The translations under genes and the position numbers were made by a program. Below, piece after piece: positions 1 through 11,900 of a DNA stretch of 64,000 nucleotides; position 1 is the first letter of the stretch, and every line of letters begins with the position of its first letter. The stretch comes from Macrostomum lignano. Lineage: Eukaryota. The stretch spans positions 248,001-312,000 of the forward strand of contig NIVC01000420.1 of assembly GCA_002269645.1 (NCBI GenBank). Reading direction: 5' to 3'. The notes beneath the pieces are model-generated. The model searched no databases, had not been told where the DNA came from, and saw only the letters and a list, made by a program, of their open reading frames with translations.

Positions 1-1380
1 TTGATTTGCCGCAGTTCTCAAACCACCACTCCACAACTAATAAGGTCTATTATGCGATACGGTCGTAGAATATATTAAAGTAAAAGTCCAAATGGGATGA
101 AATAACGGGTGAATGAAGCTGATTTACGATCTGATTCTACAATAGTTTCTTTCGCGACATATAAGCTCTTAAGCAATCTCAGTCAAGCATCAATAGGTCA
201 GATTCCTCAACTGCTAGTTAGCTTCATCATCTATCTAGCAACCGGAAATGACGCACTGTCTCCCTTCTATACGATAATGACAAGTAGAAAGTATGCAGAA
301 AAATATTACGGTTCTCAGTCATGAAAATCTCCAATATTCACAAGAAAGCCCATTCCAGATTTTGCAATCAGGCACGCTCTTAGCTGTGCGCAAGAGCTCT
401 CTGATAGAGTAATAATTCTACGCAAAGCCTTGTAAGTCCAGCAATTAACAGATTGACATCTCGTTCACTGCAGAGCCAGATCTGGCCGAACACAAGATAA
501 CTAGATGTGGTTGCACTCAACTACAAATAGAAAAAGCCTTCAAAGTGCGAGTCTGCACCAGACTCTACTACATCTTCTAGCTGTACCCACAGTCAACAGC
601 TGATATAAATCACAATCGCAAAATTTATTAATTAGCAATAAAAGCTTAACTAAAAAGAGGGAGCTGAAAAAATGCTGAATAACAAAATTCTAGATAGCCA
701 AGTGCACGTGATCAACCCATTCTTTATTACTAAGCGGACCTAACTAAAAATAGCATTTGAATAGAAAGGACCTTCCTTTTTCACGGTCAGCTTTCTGTAT
801 GAGTTCAGCAGGTGCAAGCACGAAGATGCTTGGACATAGAGAAAAGAGACAGTCTTATTCTAAAAATTCTTAGTCTAACTTCTACTTTTTCAAGTCGACA
901 GAATAGGAAAAAATGTCAAACATCAAAAGACAGACGACGCCGAACGACTGTACTTGCGAGATAAAGATGAAGGAGAAAGATTTCCTGCTATCAATGGGGC
1001 TTCTGATCTGAGGGCTCACCGACCGGACAGGCCTAGCTATATGCGGATGGTAAAATGGAAAATAGAATGACAGAAGAAGGATGTGAGAGAAAAGCCAGGG
1101 GGGAAGACCTATAAGCGACCAGACGCCAGATTCCAATAGGGATTACTGGGCGCCAAGCTAAGCTGGCAGGGGGTGCGGGCGATATGAGGAGATGGGAAAG
1201 GACTGGGGCGAAACCCGGTCAGCCAATAGACGTGTGTGGGAGACCAGTAAGCCCAAGAGTATAAAATATGCAACATAAGCGGCTGCTATCGCGAAATCAA
1301 ACACTAAAATGTGATTGGAAAAAGTCCAATATCAAGAACTAGGAATTCTAGACTTGACTACATATTTTTATTCAACAGAA

Positions 1381-2910
1381 ATGAACAACGATAGTAATAA
1401 TAATAGCCAATGGACAAGGCCTCGGGACATGATAGTGGACACGGCCGCGTTAACGGGCATCGCACTAATCGGCGTATTCGGCAACGCATTAATCATCATG
1501 TGCGTCATCGTTCACAAGAAGCTAAAGAATGTCACATCGCTATTCGTAGCCAATTTGGCCGGAGCGGACCTGTTATTAGCTGGCTTAGTAACGCCCGGCT
1601 CAATGCGCCTGCTGTGGCGTCAGCGCGGCCTGCCATTTAGCCCGCTGTGCCAGCTATTCGGCGCGGCGCTCTACTTCAGCTGCGCCGCTGTGGTAAATTT
1701 TAGCGCACTGATAGCGCTAACTCGCTATATAGTAATCTGCAAGCCGCACCTCGTTGTTGGCCTATTTAGGCACAAACGAGCCGCTTGCTGGTGCATCGCA
1801 TTATGGAGCTACACTGTACTGCAGGTAGTAGCGCCTTCGGCTGGTCAGTTATTCCAGTACGCCTACAATCCGGCTATCGAGGTGTGCCATTTGAACTATA
1901 CGAAACACCCGGTGGCAATAGCCATATACATCAACTGTTTCTGCTTTCTGCCCTGTTTGACTGCCTGCATTGTTTGCTACGCGCTAATATTCTACGCTTT
2001 GCGTCGGAACAGGCGAAAGCTGACTAGGCACATGTCGTCAACAATGAGCGCAAAATTTCTTGCCAAGAAGTTGACTAGAGAGCGTCGAGCAACTCTGCCA
2101 CTTTTTGTATCGTTATTGTCATTCTTTGTACACTGGCTACCCGTGATGATCATGTTCGGCTTGGATCCAAACTTTGAAAAATACAATCCGCAGATCTACC
2201 GCTATTTAGGCGTGTTTAGCATAGCCAGCGCCTGCGACAATTGGATAATCTACGGCCTGTTGAATAAGAACTTTGCCAACGGCTATAAATCTGTATTAAG
2301 CTACTGCTGCTGCTGTCAGTCTAGCAACGATGGCGGCCCAACAGCGCCGCAAGAGTCGATCAAAATGCGCCGAGCACCTGGTAGAGGCGGCGGACGTCGG
2401 CAGTCTAGTAGCGGACGGGTGCACTGTCAGCACCTGTCGGCTGGCAGTTTGCTGCGCAACAGTCAGCGATTGCAGCAGCATCGCTACAGGCAGAGCAACA
2501 TTGCTACCGTAGCTGTGGCAAACGCTGCTCCGCTAGTAAGCGAATTAGAAGACTACAGCGACTTGGAGAGCTGGAACAGCGGCGGTAGGCGGTTTCCAGT
2601 TCAACTGCTAGAAGCCTGCCACGCCTGTAACCGAGAAGACAACTATGGAAATCAAGTGTCAATTAATGAGAACATGGCGAATCACGATTACAAGGACGAC
2701 GAGGACGACTACGAAAGCGAAACGGACGATATTGATCGAATCAATGAGAAGTGCTGCGGCGCAAGGCACCGAGCTGAGGCTCTGCAGCAGCAGCAGCAAC
2801 AAAGACTATCATCTGGCGACCAGACGAATACACCAACGCGTCAATCGCTTGTTGTTGTCCTGGCGGTGCGAGACGGCTGCGACAATGACGGGAAAATTGC
2901 CCAGCTGTGA
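1381..2910 (+). CDS. Intronless rhodopsin-like (class A) GPCR with a long low-complexity C-terminal tail
   Basis: The ORF track start at 1315 is a TTG; the first ATG is at 1381 (MNNDSNNNSQW, with an N-terminal N-D-S sequon). Seven hydrophobic segments: TM1 GN (GVFGNALII), TM2 LAxAD (NLAGADL), TM3 C...LTRY, TM6 HWLP, TM7 DNWIIY, then a CCCC cluster after helix 8. Melatonin/Moody-Tre1-like appearance, but subfamily not established. Confidence 0.93.
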   Translation: MNNDSNNNSQWTRPRDMIVDTAALTGIALIGVFGNALIIMCVIVHKKLKNVTSLFVANLAGADLLLAGLVTPGSMRLLWRQRGLPFSPLCQLFGAALYFSCAAVVNFSALIALTRYIVICKPHLVVGLFRHKRAACWCIALWSYTVLQVVAPSAGQLFQYAYNPAIEVCHLNYTKHPVAIAIYINCFCFLPCLTACIVCYALIFYALRRNRRKLTRHMSSTMSAKFLAKKLTRERRATLPLFVSLLSFFVHWLPVMIMFGLDPNFEKYNPQIYRYLGVFSIASACDNWIIYGLLNKNFANGYKSVLSYCCCCQSSNDGGPTAPQESIKMRRAPGRGGGRRQSSSGRVHCQHLSAGSLLRNSQRLQQHRYRQSNIATVAVANAAPLVSELEDYSDLESWNSGGRRFPVQLLEACHACNREDNYGNQVSINENMANHDYKDDEDDYESETDDIDRINEKCCGARHRAEALQQQQQQRLSSGDQTNTPTRQSLVVVLAVRDGCDNDGKIAQL

Positions 2911-4309
2911 CGCTTTTTACCATTCTATTCATATATAGCTTCTTAAGTCGATGATTAATCTTTCTCCTCGATTGAAAAGGCTTCTGTCCCCATCAAAATC
3001 AAAACATGGAAAGCAATAAGTAAACACGCGTTGCCGATTCCCTTTTTTATGCTTAAGCCAATAGGCTTAACAGGCGACTGACCCTCCAGTCTAGACCGAT
3101 TCCACTCGTCTTCACCAGCTAAGAACTATGCTGCTGGTCCTGCAGAGCGGCACTTTGCACCGTTACCTCGGAATGCGTGCAGACAGTGGCGGTCAGAACA
3201 CTTTAAAAAGGACAGGACAGACCGGGAACGGCGGTTCTAGGCAAATAAGATCGGTTCAAGAAAGCCAGCCAGACTGAGATTAGAGCCTACACACTGAAAG
3301 GGACCGCGAGGAACAGGCGCTACGCTGCAGCGTTCAGCTTCATCAACCCCTCTTTCTTTCTCGCTGCCCCTCACGCCTGTCTCCTACAGATACGGCGTCA
3401 TTCGAACCCAAGCCTCAGAACACAGTTCCCCTCCTAGAAGCAGATACAGAACGCCCTAATCAATTCAGCGAAATGTGTTATCCTCCCACTCTACCGCGAG
3501 TGCCCAATTTTAGCTTAACTGAACTGGACCTACCTGTGAGTCAAGCAGTTATGCACCTTCGGCTACAATAAGATTGTAAAACCTTTACCAAATTTTGTTT
3601 CTCTTCTGCACTCCGATTTGCAATATTGATTTCTTTATGTTGCTTTACAATCATTTGTCATAATGAAATATATGAAATTTACCTCAGTGCACTCAGTCAA
3701 TATTACAAAGCAATCATACCATACAGCTTTTTTTTTAATGTCAATTACCTGTAAATACTAGAAGAAAAAGATAAATGGGAATAAAATAAAGCATGACAGT
3801 TCGCATACTACAATAAAAACATGCACACTTTCATACTTATTATTAGAATTTAAACATAGCATAAATAGCCAGGCCCAACATTCTAAAAACTTTTTATCTC
3901 AACAATGCTACTAAAAGTAGCAATAGAAGCTAGTAAGACATACTTTTGCTTGAATATGAATGCAATTTAGACAGTAAGATAGCAGTAAGATGTAGTGTCA
4001 TATTGAAAATAAGTATATTAAACTTGCCTTTTCAAATTACTAAGATCTTTTAATAATAAGATAATGCAAAATAGCAACAACTAGCAATCTAGCGCCCCCC
4101 TTCGGGGTGGCCAATAAGCAAGGGACGAATCCTTTAAAATGAAAAAAAATTCTTAGGGAGGGGGGCTAGGAATCGAATTCTCATTTTAATTCCAGGCTTA
4201 TGTACCAATAAAACATGTTTGTGCAGAATTTTATAACAGACATTGAAATTCAACCATACTTGCCTTCTTTCAGAGCTACTTCTACCAGTATGCTTCAGTA
4301 CGCTACCAG

Positions 4310-5280
4310 TACCCTTGCAAGCCTTGACATGTCAGCAATCCCCCCCCACAAGCCTTAACATATCAACTCCCCCCTTGACATCTCAGCGATGCTCCCATAA
4401 GCCTTGAAATCTTAAAAAATCTATCTACTTTCTAACCCTAACCCTAACCCTAACCCTAACCCTAACCCTAAAGCATTGAAATTTCAGTAATTCTCTCTAA
4501 GAGTCATTATAGCACTACTACAGCATTATAGCGATTCCCTGCAAGCCTCGACATCGTAGGGATTCCCAAATGAATCTCTTAACTTCGACATGAAGCTTCT
4601 TTTTTTTACATTACGCTTTTTCTATCAGCGATCCCTCCCGTGAGGAGCCAACAAATAATGTAATAACTTTTTTCCAATAAACTACATGTAGCTTCTGACA
4701 TTAGCCTTGACATCTCATTTATTCCCCCGTGAGCCTTGACATCTCAGCTATAGATAGATAGATAGATAGATTCCCCTCGTAAGCCTTGACATGTCAGCGA
4801 TGCCCCCCCATAAACCTTGAAATCTAAAAAATCCCCTGTTAACCTTGAAACGCGCTAAAATCTAACCCTCAACCCAAACCTGACGTAAACCTAACTTTCA
4901 CCCAACCTAAAGCCTTGAAATCACAGCAATTCTTCTTCCCTAAGCCTTGGCATTTAAGTGATTCCTTCTTTAAGAATCACAGCACTATAACGATTCCCTC
5001 CAAGCTTTGACATCGTAGCAATTCCCAAATGAATCTTTTAACTTTGACATGACTTTTATTTTATGTATACATAGTGCTCCTTTTATTTTTACATGACTCT
5101 TCTTCTATCAGCGCCCCCCCCACCGTGGCAAGCCAACAAAGAATGCAATAAAAAAACTTAAGTAAAGTACATGAACTTTGAAGTAGCTTCTGACTTTTGC
5201 TTTAACATCTCAGAAACCCCCCTGTAATCTCAGTTATTCTCTGTGAGCCTTGACGTCTCAGTGATTCTCCCCAGCACAGC
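4310..5280. repeat. Degenerate GCCTTGACATCTCAGC-type repeat region with a diverged internal duplication
   Basis: Recurrent gccttgacat/gccttgaaat motif; 4380-4720 resembles 4800-5210. Confidence 0.6.
4432..4471. repeat. Interstitial telomeric repeat (CCCTAA)6
   Basis: ctaa followed by six perfect ccctaa units; a degenerate copy lies at ~4861-4910. Confidence 0.9.
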
Positions 5281-5439
5281 ACTATAGCTTCATTTAATTT
5301 TTATGACACTTGTTTCATGTCTGACATGACGCTTCTTTTGATTTTTACGTTACGCTTCTTTTATTCTTCCATGATGCTTCTTAATTTTTTAAATGACACA
5401 CTTTCATTAGTTTTTATAGGAGGCTTCTATGATTTTTTC

Positions 5440-5630
5440 ATGACGCTTCTATGTTAACATGACGCTTCTATGCTTGTTTACATGACGCTTTTATGATTGT
5501 TTACATGACGCTTCTATGATTGTTTACATGACGCTTGTATGATGGTTTACATGACGCTTCTATGATTTTTTACATGACGCTTCTATGATTTTTACATGAC
5601 GCTTCTATGATTTTTACATGACGCTTCCAT
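5440..5630. repeat. ~22-23 bp tandem repeat TTACATGACGCTTCTATGATT(G/T)T
   Basis: About 8 directly visible copies. Confidence 0.85.
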
Positions 5631-5689
5631 AATTTTTTTTTGTCTTGGCGTTAAAAAGCTTTAATTAAAAAAACTCTACTCTCTAAAAA

Positions 5690-5748
5690 TTCGAACCATC
5701 GTCCCTGCATTTAGCAGTTTAGTCTGTTTACCTCTAGGCTAGCTCTCA
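5690..5748 (-). mobile_element. tRNA-like (SINE head or tRNA pseudogene) element, more decayed copy
   Basis: Homologous to 7201-7262; the minus strand retains GGTTCGAA (B box) and TAGCCTAGAG (A-box-like). Confidence 0.5.
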
Positions 5749-5784
5749 TGAATTTTAGTCATTATCCCTAAATAGAAAATATTC

Positions 5785-6010
5785 CCAAGACAGCAAGCAT
5801 CCCCCAGTAGCAAGCATCCCCTAATACTCCTAGCAAGCATCCACCCAGATAGCAAGCATCTGCAGATAGCAAGCATCTGCAGATAGCAAGCATCTTGCAG
5901 ATAGCAAGCATCTTGCAGATAGCAAGCATACCCCAAATAATGTAGAAGCATCCTTCCAGATAGCAAGCATCCTGCACATAGCAAGAATCCCTAAATAGCA
6001 AGCATCCCTG
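5785..6010. repeat. ~18-19 bp tandem repeat GATAGCAAGCATC...
   Basis: About 12 diverged copies. Confidence 0.8.
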
Positions 6011-6039
6011 GATAGAAATAATCCTATACATGTAGCCAA

Positions 6040-7140
6040 GCTTATCAAGCGCAGTAATCCTTGGCTATCGAGTGCAGTAATTCTTGGTTTGCCAAGTGCA
6101 GTAAGTAATCCTTGGTTTATTAATAGCAATAATCCATGGCTTATGAGTGCAGTAATCCTTGGTTTATTAATAGCAATAATCCTTGGCTTATCGAGTGCAG
6201 TAATCCTTGGTTTATTAATAGCAATAATCCTTGGCTTATCGAGTGCAGTAATCCTTGGTTTATTAATAGCAATAATCCATGCCTTATCGAGTGCAGTAAT
6301 CCTTGGTTTATTAATAGCAATAATCCTTGGCTTATCGAGTGCAGTAATCCTTGGTTTATTAATAGCAATAATCATTGGCTTATCGAGTGCAGTAATCCTT
6401 GGTTTGTTAATAGCAATAATCCTTGATTAATCAAGTGCAGTAATCCTTGGTTTGCCAAGAGCAATAGTCCTTGGTTTATTGAGTGCAGTAATCCTTGGTT
6501 TATTAATAGCAATAATCCTTGGCTTATCGAGTGCAGTAATCCTTGGTTTGCCAAGTGCATAATCCTTGGTTTATTAATAGCAATAATCCTTGGTTTATCG
6601 AGTGCAGTAATCCTTGGTTTATTAATAGCAATAATCCTTGGCTTATCGAGTGCAGTAATCCTTGGTTTATTAATAGCAATAATCCATGGCTTATCGAGTG
6701 CAGTAATCCTTGGTTTATTAATAGCAATAATCCTTGGCTTATCGAGTGCAGTAATCCTTGGTTTATTAATAGCAATAATCCATGGCTTATCGAGTGCAGT
6801 AATTCATGGTTTATTAATAGCAATAATCCTTGGTTTATCGAGTGCAGTAATCCTTGGTTTATTAATAGCAATAATCCTTGGCTTATCGAGTGCAGTAATC
6901 CTTGGTTTATTAATAGCAATAATCCATGGCTTATCGAGTGCAGTAATTCATGGTTTATTAATAGCAATAATCCTTGGCTTATCGAGTGCAGTAATCCTTG
7001 GTTTATTAATAGCAATAATCCTTGGCTTATCGAGTGCAGTAATCCTTGGTTTATTAATAGCAATAATCCTTGGCTTATCGAGTGCAGTATTCCTTGGTTT
7101 GCCAAGAGCAATAATCCTTAGCTTATCGAGTGCAGTAATC
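6040..7140. repeat. 48-bp minisatellite (two related 24-bp halves) ATCGAGTGCAGTAATCCTTGGTTTATTAATAGCAATAATCCTTGGCTT
   Basis: About 22 near-identical copies; source of the spurious IECSNPWFINSNNPWL ORFs. Confidence 0.95.
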
Positions 7141-7200
7141 TAAGTGTTTTTATTTAGTCCTTTAATAAAAGCTTTTAATAAAAAATTTTACACTACTACT

Positions 7201-7262
7201 TAGATTCGAACCCAGGTCGCTGCATTAGCAGTCTGGTCTGTTCTGCTCTAGGCTAGCTCTCA
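7201..7262 (-). mobile_element. tRNA-like (SINE head or tRNA pseudogene) element
   Basis: The minus strand reads GAGCTAGCCTAGAGCAGAACAGACCAGACTGCTAATGCAGCGACCTGGGTTCGAATCTA: A-box-like, a CTGCTAA loop and B box GGTTCGAATC at tRNA spacing, but the stems do not pair well. Confidence 0.55.
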
Positions 7263-7499
7263 TCGAAGTTATCAGTGAATTTGTACCACTTATATAATTC
7301 AACACTCACACCAAGTCAGGTAGAGTAAAAAGTCACGCGAAGCAGTTATGACATAATCAATTTCTTAGGCAAGTCAGTACCAGTGTCTATGAAAGCTAAC
7401 AATATGGTTACGTAATATAAATTCAGTACTGCACTATGCTTTCACACTCAAAGCTGTGACGCAATTCAATTGAGTGTCAAATTCAGCCAGTACACAGAC

Positions 7500-7815
7500 G
7501 ATAAATAAAGTGTATTGTGATGCAATCTATTTCAGAATCACAATTCAACCAGTCAGTTTTTTCTCTAGCATTTTTACAGTGCGTTTCAAGTCGAAATAGC
7601 TGCTTGACCTTTGCAAAAAAGCATGTTTTTCGAATATTTAATCCCTTTAGCATCGAGCAATTTCTTAGCCACGATGCATGTACCGTCACGGAAAAATTTC
7701 TGATCGAATGGTGCAAGTTTGAAGAAAATCGGTTGAGCCATTTTTGCTAAAATCGATCACACACACACACATACACACACACACATACCGACAGACCATT
7801 TTTAGTATATGGATG
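7500..7815 (+). mobile_element. Possible non-autonomous Helitron/Helentron-type interspersed element
   Basis: aagtttgaagaaaatcggttgagcc, then a (CA)n microsatellite, then ttttagtatatggat; this layout resembles DINE-1/HINE-like elements. Pattern recognition only. Confidence 0.4.
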
Positions 7816-8321
7816 TTTCTGCTAGCTGCAGTATATAGACAAAATTCTAATAGACTCTCTAATATTAGAATTCTAATATTAAAATTCTAATAGACTCATA
7901 ACTGTTAATTTGCCATAGGCATTTTAGCTATCCTGTTCACTATATAAGTATAAATACAAGTTCAACTTGCAGCTTTGGCCCTTCACCTCTTTTTTGCCCT
8001 ACTAATCAATTACAATAAACTTGCTTCTATTAGTTAATTGTCAACTTCAACAAATTGGTAACAGAGCATTAGCATTACCATGGTCATTATGCAATCAATA
8101 ACTGACCTATCTAGTGACCAGATCTAGTAGTCCCAGAATGACCATAGCACATACTCTGCTAAAATAGCCATTGCCACAGAGTAGTCGCATATTGAAGCTA
8201 GTGACCCACCACTAGCTGCTTTAGCAACTACGATATCTTCTCTTTTTGCTGCTTATTCCATAACTACGATCCTTGCAGCAGCTCCCACTACCTCTGTTGA
8301 CATCAATGCCTCCTGACCACA

Positions 8322-8996
8322 ATGACTGCCATGATACAACAAAACCAACTGCTCATACAATAGCTTGATGCTAATGCCCATCTTGCCCCAACATCAACAT
8401 CATTGTCTATTACTAGCAACTGCAATCTAATTGCTCTCATCTGCTTTATTGTTCTTTCAAAGGTTTATCTTCCAACATTCAATGGTATAGACCTAGCTAC
8501 ATTCCCTAGATTCTAGGAGACATTCTTTCACCATGTCAACAGCATTGCAGTCAAAAACATTGATAAGTTTGAGGCATTCCACAGTCTTCTCTCTGGCTTG
8601 GCACTAGAAGCTTGGCACCCTTGATGCTTGCTAGCCCAATGCCTATGCAGAAGCCTGCTGCATCCTCCTGGGCAAATATATTGATGCCCAAGAGCAGAAA
8701 AAATGCCATTCTAGTGCATTTTTGCTCTCCATTGCAGCTCCACCTCCAACCTAGATAAGCTCAATAATTTTACCAACACCCTTTGTCTCATTACCAGCTA
8801 GCTATTCTGCCTAAGTGAGCTTGTTTGCACCATGGACAGCCACATCTATGCACTTTGGAACTGCCTCCTGCTCAAGTACTAGACCAAAATCTGGAATATC
8901 CACATTGCCAATGGGCTGCCCCTTATGTTTACCATGGCCTAGCTCCAAGGCCACCTCGACTGCAAGCTGAAGATGCTCAAAGCCACTTTCTTTTAA
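8322..8996 (+). pseudogene. Decayed BEL/Pao LTR-retrotransposon gag (DUF1759-like)
   Basis: Translates as ...SKVYLPTFNGIDLATFPRF*ETFFHHVNSIAVKNIDKFEAFHSLLSGLALEA...NAYAEACCILLGKY..., matching the LP.F.G...F.E.F...DKF..L...L.G.A..A...Y.EA..IL..KY pattern; two compensating frameshifts and six in-frame TAG stops. Confidence 0.72.
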
Positions 8997-11900
8997 ACTG
9001 ATTTAAATGAACTACACAAGATAAATTGAACTATGAAATTGAAACTTTGAAGTTGCTTAATTCTATCACTCTTTTGAGCCTTAGTTTGACAATATAGAGT
9101 TTTCTAAGTTCTAAGTTTTTTTTTAATGTTAAAAAGGTCTAAAAAACCTACTTTAATCATTTTATAATATCATTTCATATTGTAACTATTTTATTTCAAA
9201 TGAAAATATAATTTAGCAAACAAAAGAGGAAAATTACTTGCCTATTTGACTAGCAAAAGAATTAGATATAAGCTAGCTAATTACTAGAGCTAGAGTACAA
9301 CTAAACCAATATTAGCCAAACAAACAAGCCTTTAGCTTTAGAATAGACTTAATTAGTATCATATAAAGACCTTTCAATAAAATTTAACTAAAATTTGACA
9401 AACAAATAACCTAAAAATTATGGTAATTTGTTAATCTTTAGAAATTTCAAGACATTTAAAATAGAATTTCTAATTACATTTTGTTCATATTTCTGTTGTT
9501 AGTAAGTAAGCTACTAAGACCACTCAATGAGTAACTTTTTCAAACTTTTAAACTATAATAAAGAAGGTAGACTAGGCCTATACCATAGAAAACTCCAATA
9601 TACACTAGGGATTCCTAATGCACTTAGCACATAATCAAAGTATAAGTAGATATTGAACAAAGGCCATAGTCTAGAAGAAGGCATATTTACCAAAAATTTC
9701 CAAGGTACACTCAAGAAATTAGGTATATATGTTGACATACAAAAATTGATTTTAGGCTTTTGGTATATACATTTAATATTTTGGTGTGATATGCACCAAA
9801 AATAAAAAATAATTTTATTAATAACATTAATAGTCACAATAATCATCTATGCATTGTAATTGTAAAATTTGATAACTATATAACACAAAACTAAGAAATC
9901 ATCTAGTTTTGTATGTTTAATTATATTTTGAAAAATAGTGACTTTGTTAGTTACCACAAGTAAATATTTGAACTTTTCCAGGTGTAAAATTTAGTAGTGA
10001 TATGGCAGACATCAATGTCTATGTTTACTAGGCCTAGTTTGAGATGGCTAAATGCTATCTATGGTGAAAACCTGCAATTGCTCCCTGTTTTTTTAAATGG
10101 ACTGAGATGGGAAGGACTGGGATTCTAATGAATATCTTGCTTGGCTTGCTTTCCTAAACAATCTTGATTGTCACTCTTGATTGTGATTGTTAAAATTTTT
10201 AGATTTTAACTTTATCTATCTAAGTCTAACTGAAGTTTTTAAATTATAAAAATCACTGACATTAGTACTAGGCCTAAAATAGTAGTACCGTTATAAAACT
10301 GACAATTTGAAGCTTTGCATAATATAATATATTTGGCATACATTGGAATACAGAAAAAATGTCTTTTTGTGGGGTACATTTATAGACTAGGGCCAAAGGT
10401 CCCTAATACATAGGCCTAGGCCTATGATATACAACTGCAAATTGTTATAGGCCAAAAACAATTTATTCCAAATCAAAACTGCCTTTTTCTAATATTCAAT
10501 TCCAATAGAATGTTTCAAAGAATGGGTCACACAAGGACCACAGTAGTAGGGTTGGTAGTATAAATCCTATTTTTTTGCCTTCTTAACATTATTCATGATA
10601 ACTTATATGATGACTATGAGTATGATGTAGTCATAAAAATACAATATATCTAATAGCTATCATGCACGAGAGAAAAAAATAGGGCTTATGTCTTATGAAA
10701 GACTAGGGCCCAAGGCTTGTAAGCCAATGCAAGTCTAAGATTAGGCCTGCACTGCACAACATTATAAAGCATAGGCGAATATGACTAGCCTACTACTCAG
10801 AGACTGATCTTGAAAAACAGAAAACTTATGCTTTGCCTTAGTACATAATATTAAAAATACTTCGATTTTATAATAGGCCTAATTTTGCCTTCTTTGAACC
10901 TTTAATACGCTAGTAGCTAGCAGTAAATAACAATAAGATCATGAACGTCACATCAATGACCGAGGAGTTCGAATGGTTTTTTAAAAGATCGAGGGTTCCT
11001 AGAATATTCTACGAAGTCCGGTTCTCGTTACACACGCTTTAAGCTCAGCCATTGATAACGAATAATTGATAAAATTAAAGATATGGGATGAAACGCCAGC
11101 TTACTTGATCTTTCTGGGCTGAGTTTAGTCTTTTGATGCTGTTTTTGTTGTTTTTGTTGCTGTTGTTATACATGTTGGTGCTGTTGTTGTAAATCGATGC
11201 TAACGTGTAGCTATATACCAAGCCATGGCCAGGGTTCTTTAATTTTTTACCATAGACAAGACGAATAATAACTTCGACTAAAAAGTTGACAACAGAGAGG
11301 CTAAGAGGATACTCAACTCGATGTCGTCATTTATATTGCTGCCATTAACTACAGTTAGTCTGTACGTTAGCAATCTCAAATATGCTTTGCGCTCTAAATC
11401 TAACATCAGGTTTGTAATTTCGTTTCCTCTTTCGACTTTTTATAGCTGTTGAATAGATGAAGTTAAATTAATTGCTGTCAAAAACGAAAATAGCCAGAGC
11501 CAGAATAGCAATCCATTCTATTCATTCATCCATGTTCCTAGTCACTTTTTGATCTGCCATTTCGTCATTTTCAGGGGCTTCTATCGCCCCATTATAATTC
11601 TGCAGTAACTCTCTGGCCATCTCCCTACCAAAGGGTTCTATGGTGAGAATTGAGTAATTTCACCGTCAACAATCATGCCAGTTGAAGTCGAATTCATTTC
11701 GGATTTGGTCACTTTGTCTAAATTTGCGTTAACATTTTTACTCTATTTAATGCAGAAACACATGGTCATTCAGCACCAAAAAACTATATATTAATCTAGC
11801 TAGATTATTTTTGCCATGACTTGCCCCCTCTCGGTTGTTCTGCGAACGCGTCCGCGCAAAGTCTAGCTAGACCAAAAAACTGATTACTACATTTACGTGA

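Noticed and set aside
1-620. Protein-looking minus-strand frame with stops
   Set aside because: About a dozen or more stops in ~200 codons is no fewer than random expectation, and no motif was recognised.
1315-1380. ORF-track N-terminal extension of the GPCR
   Set aside because: It starts at TTG; the ATG at 1381 gives a typical short glycosylated N-terminus.
5739-7121. ORFs with NPW/INQG repeats on both strands
   Set aside because: Products of the 48-bp and 18-bp minisatellites.
11100-11820. Possible decayed membrane-protein ORF on the minus strand
   Set aside because: Multiple stops and frame changes with no recognisable family; cannot be supported.
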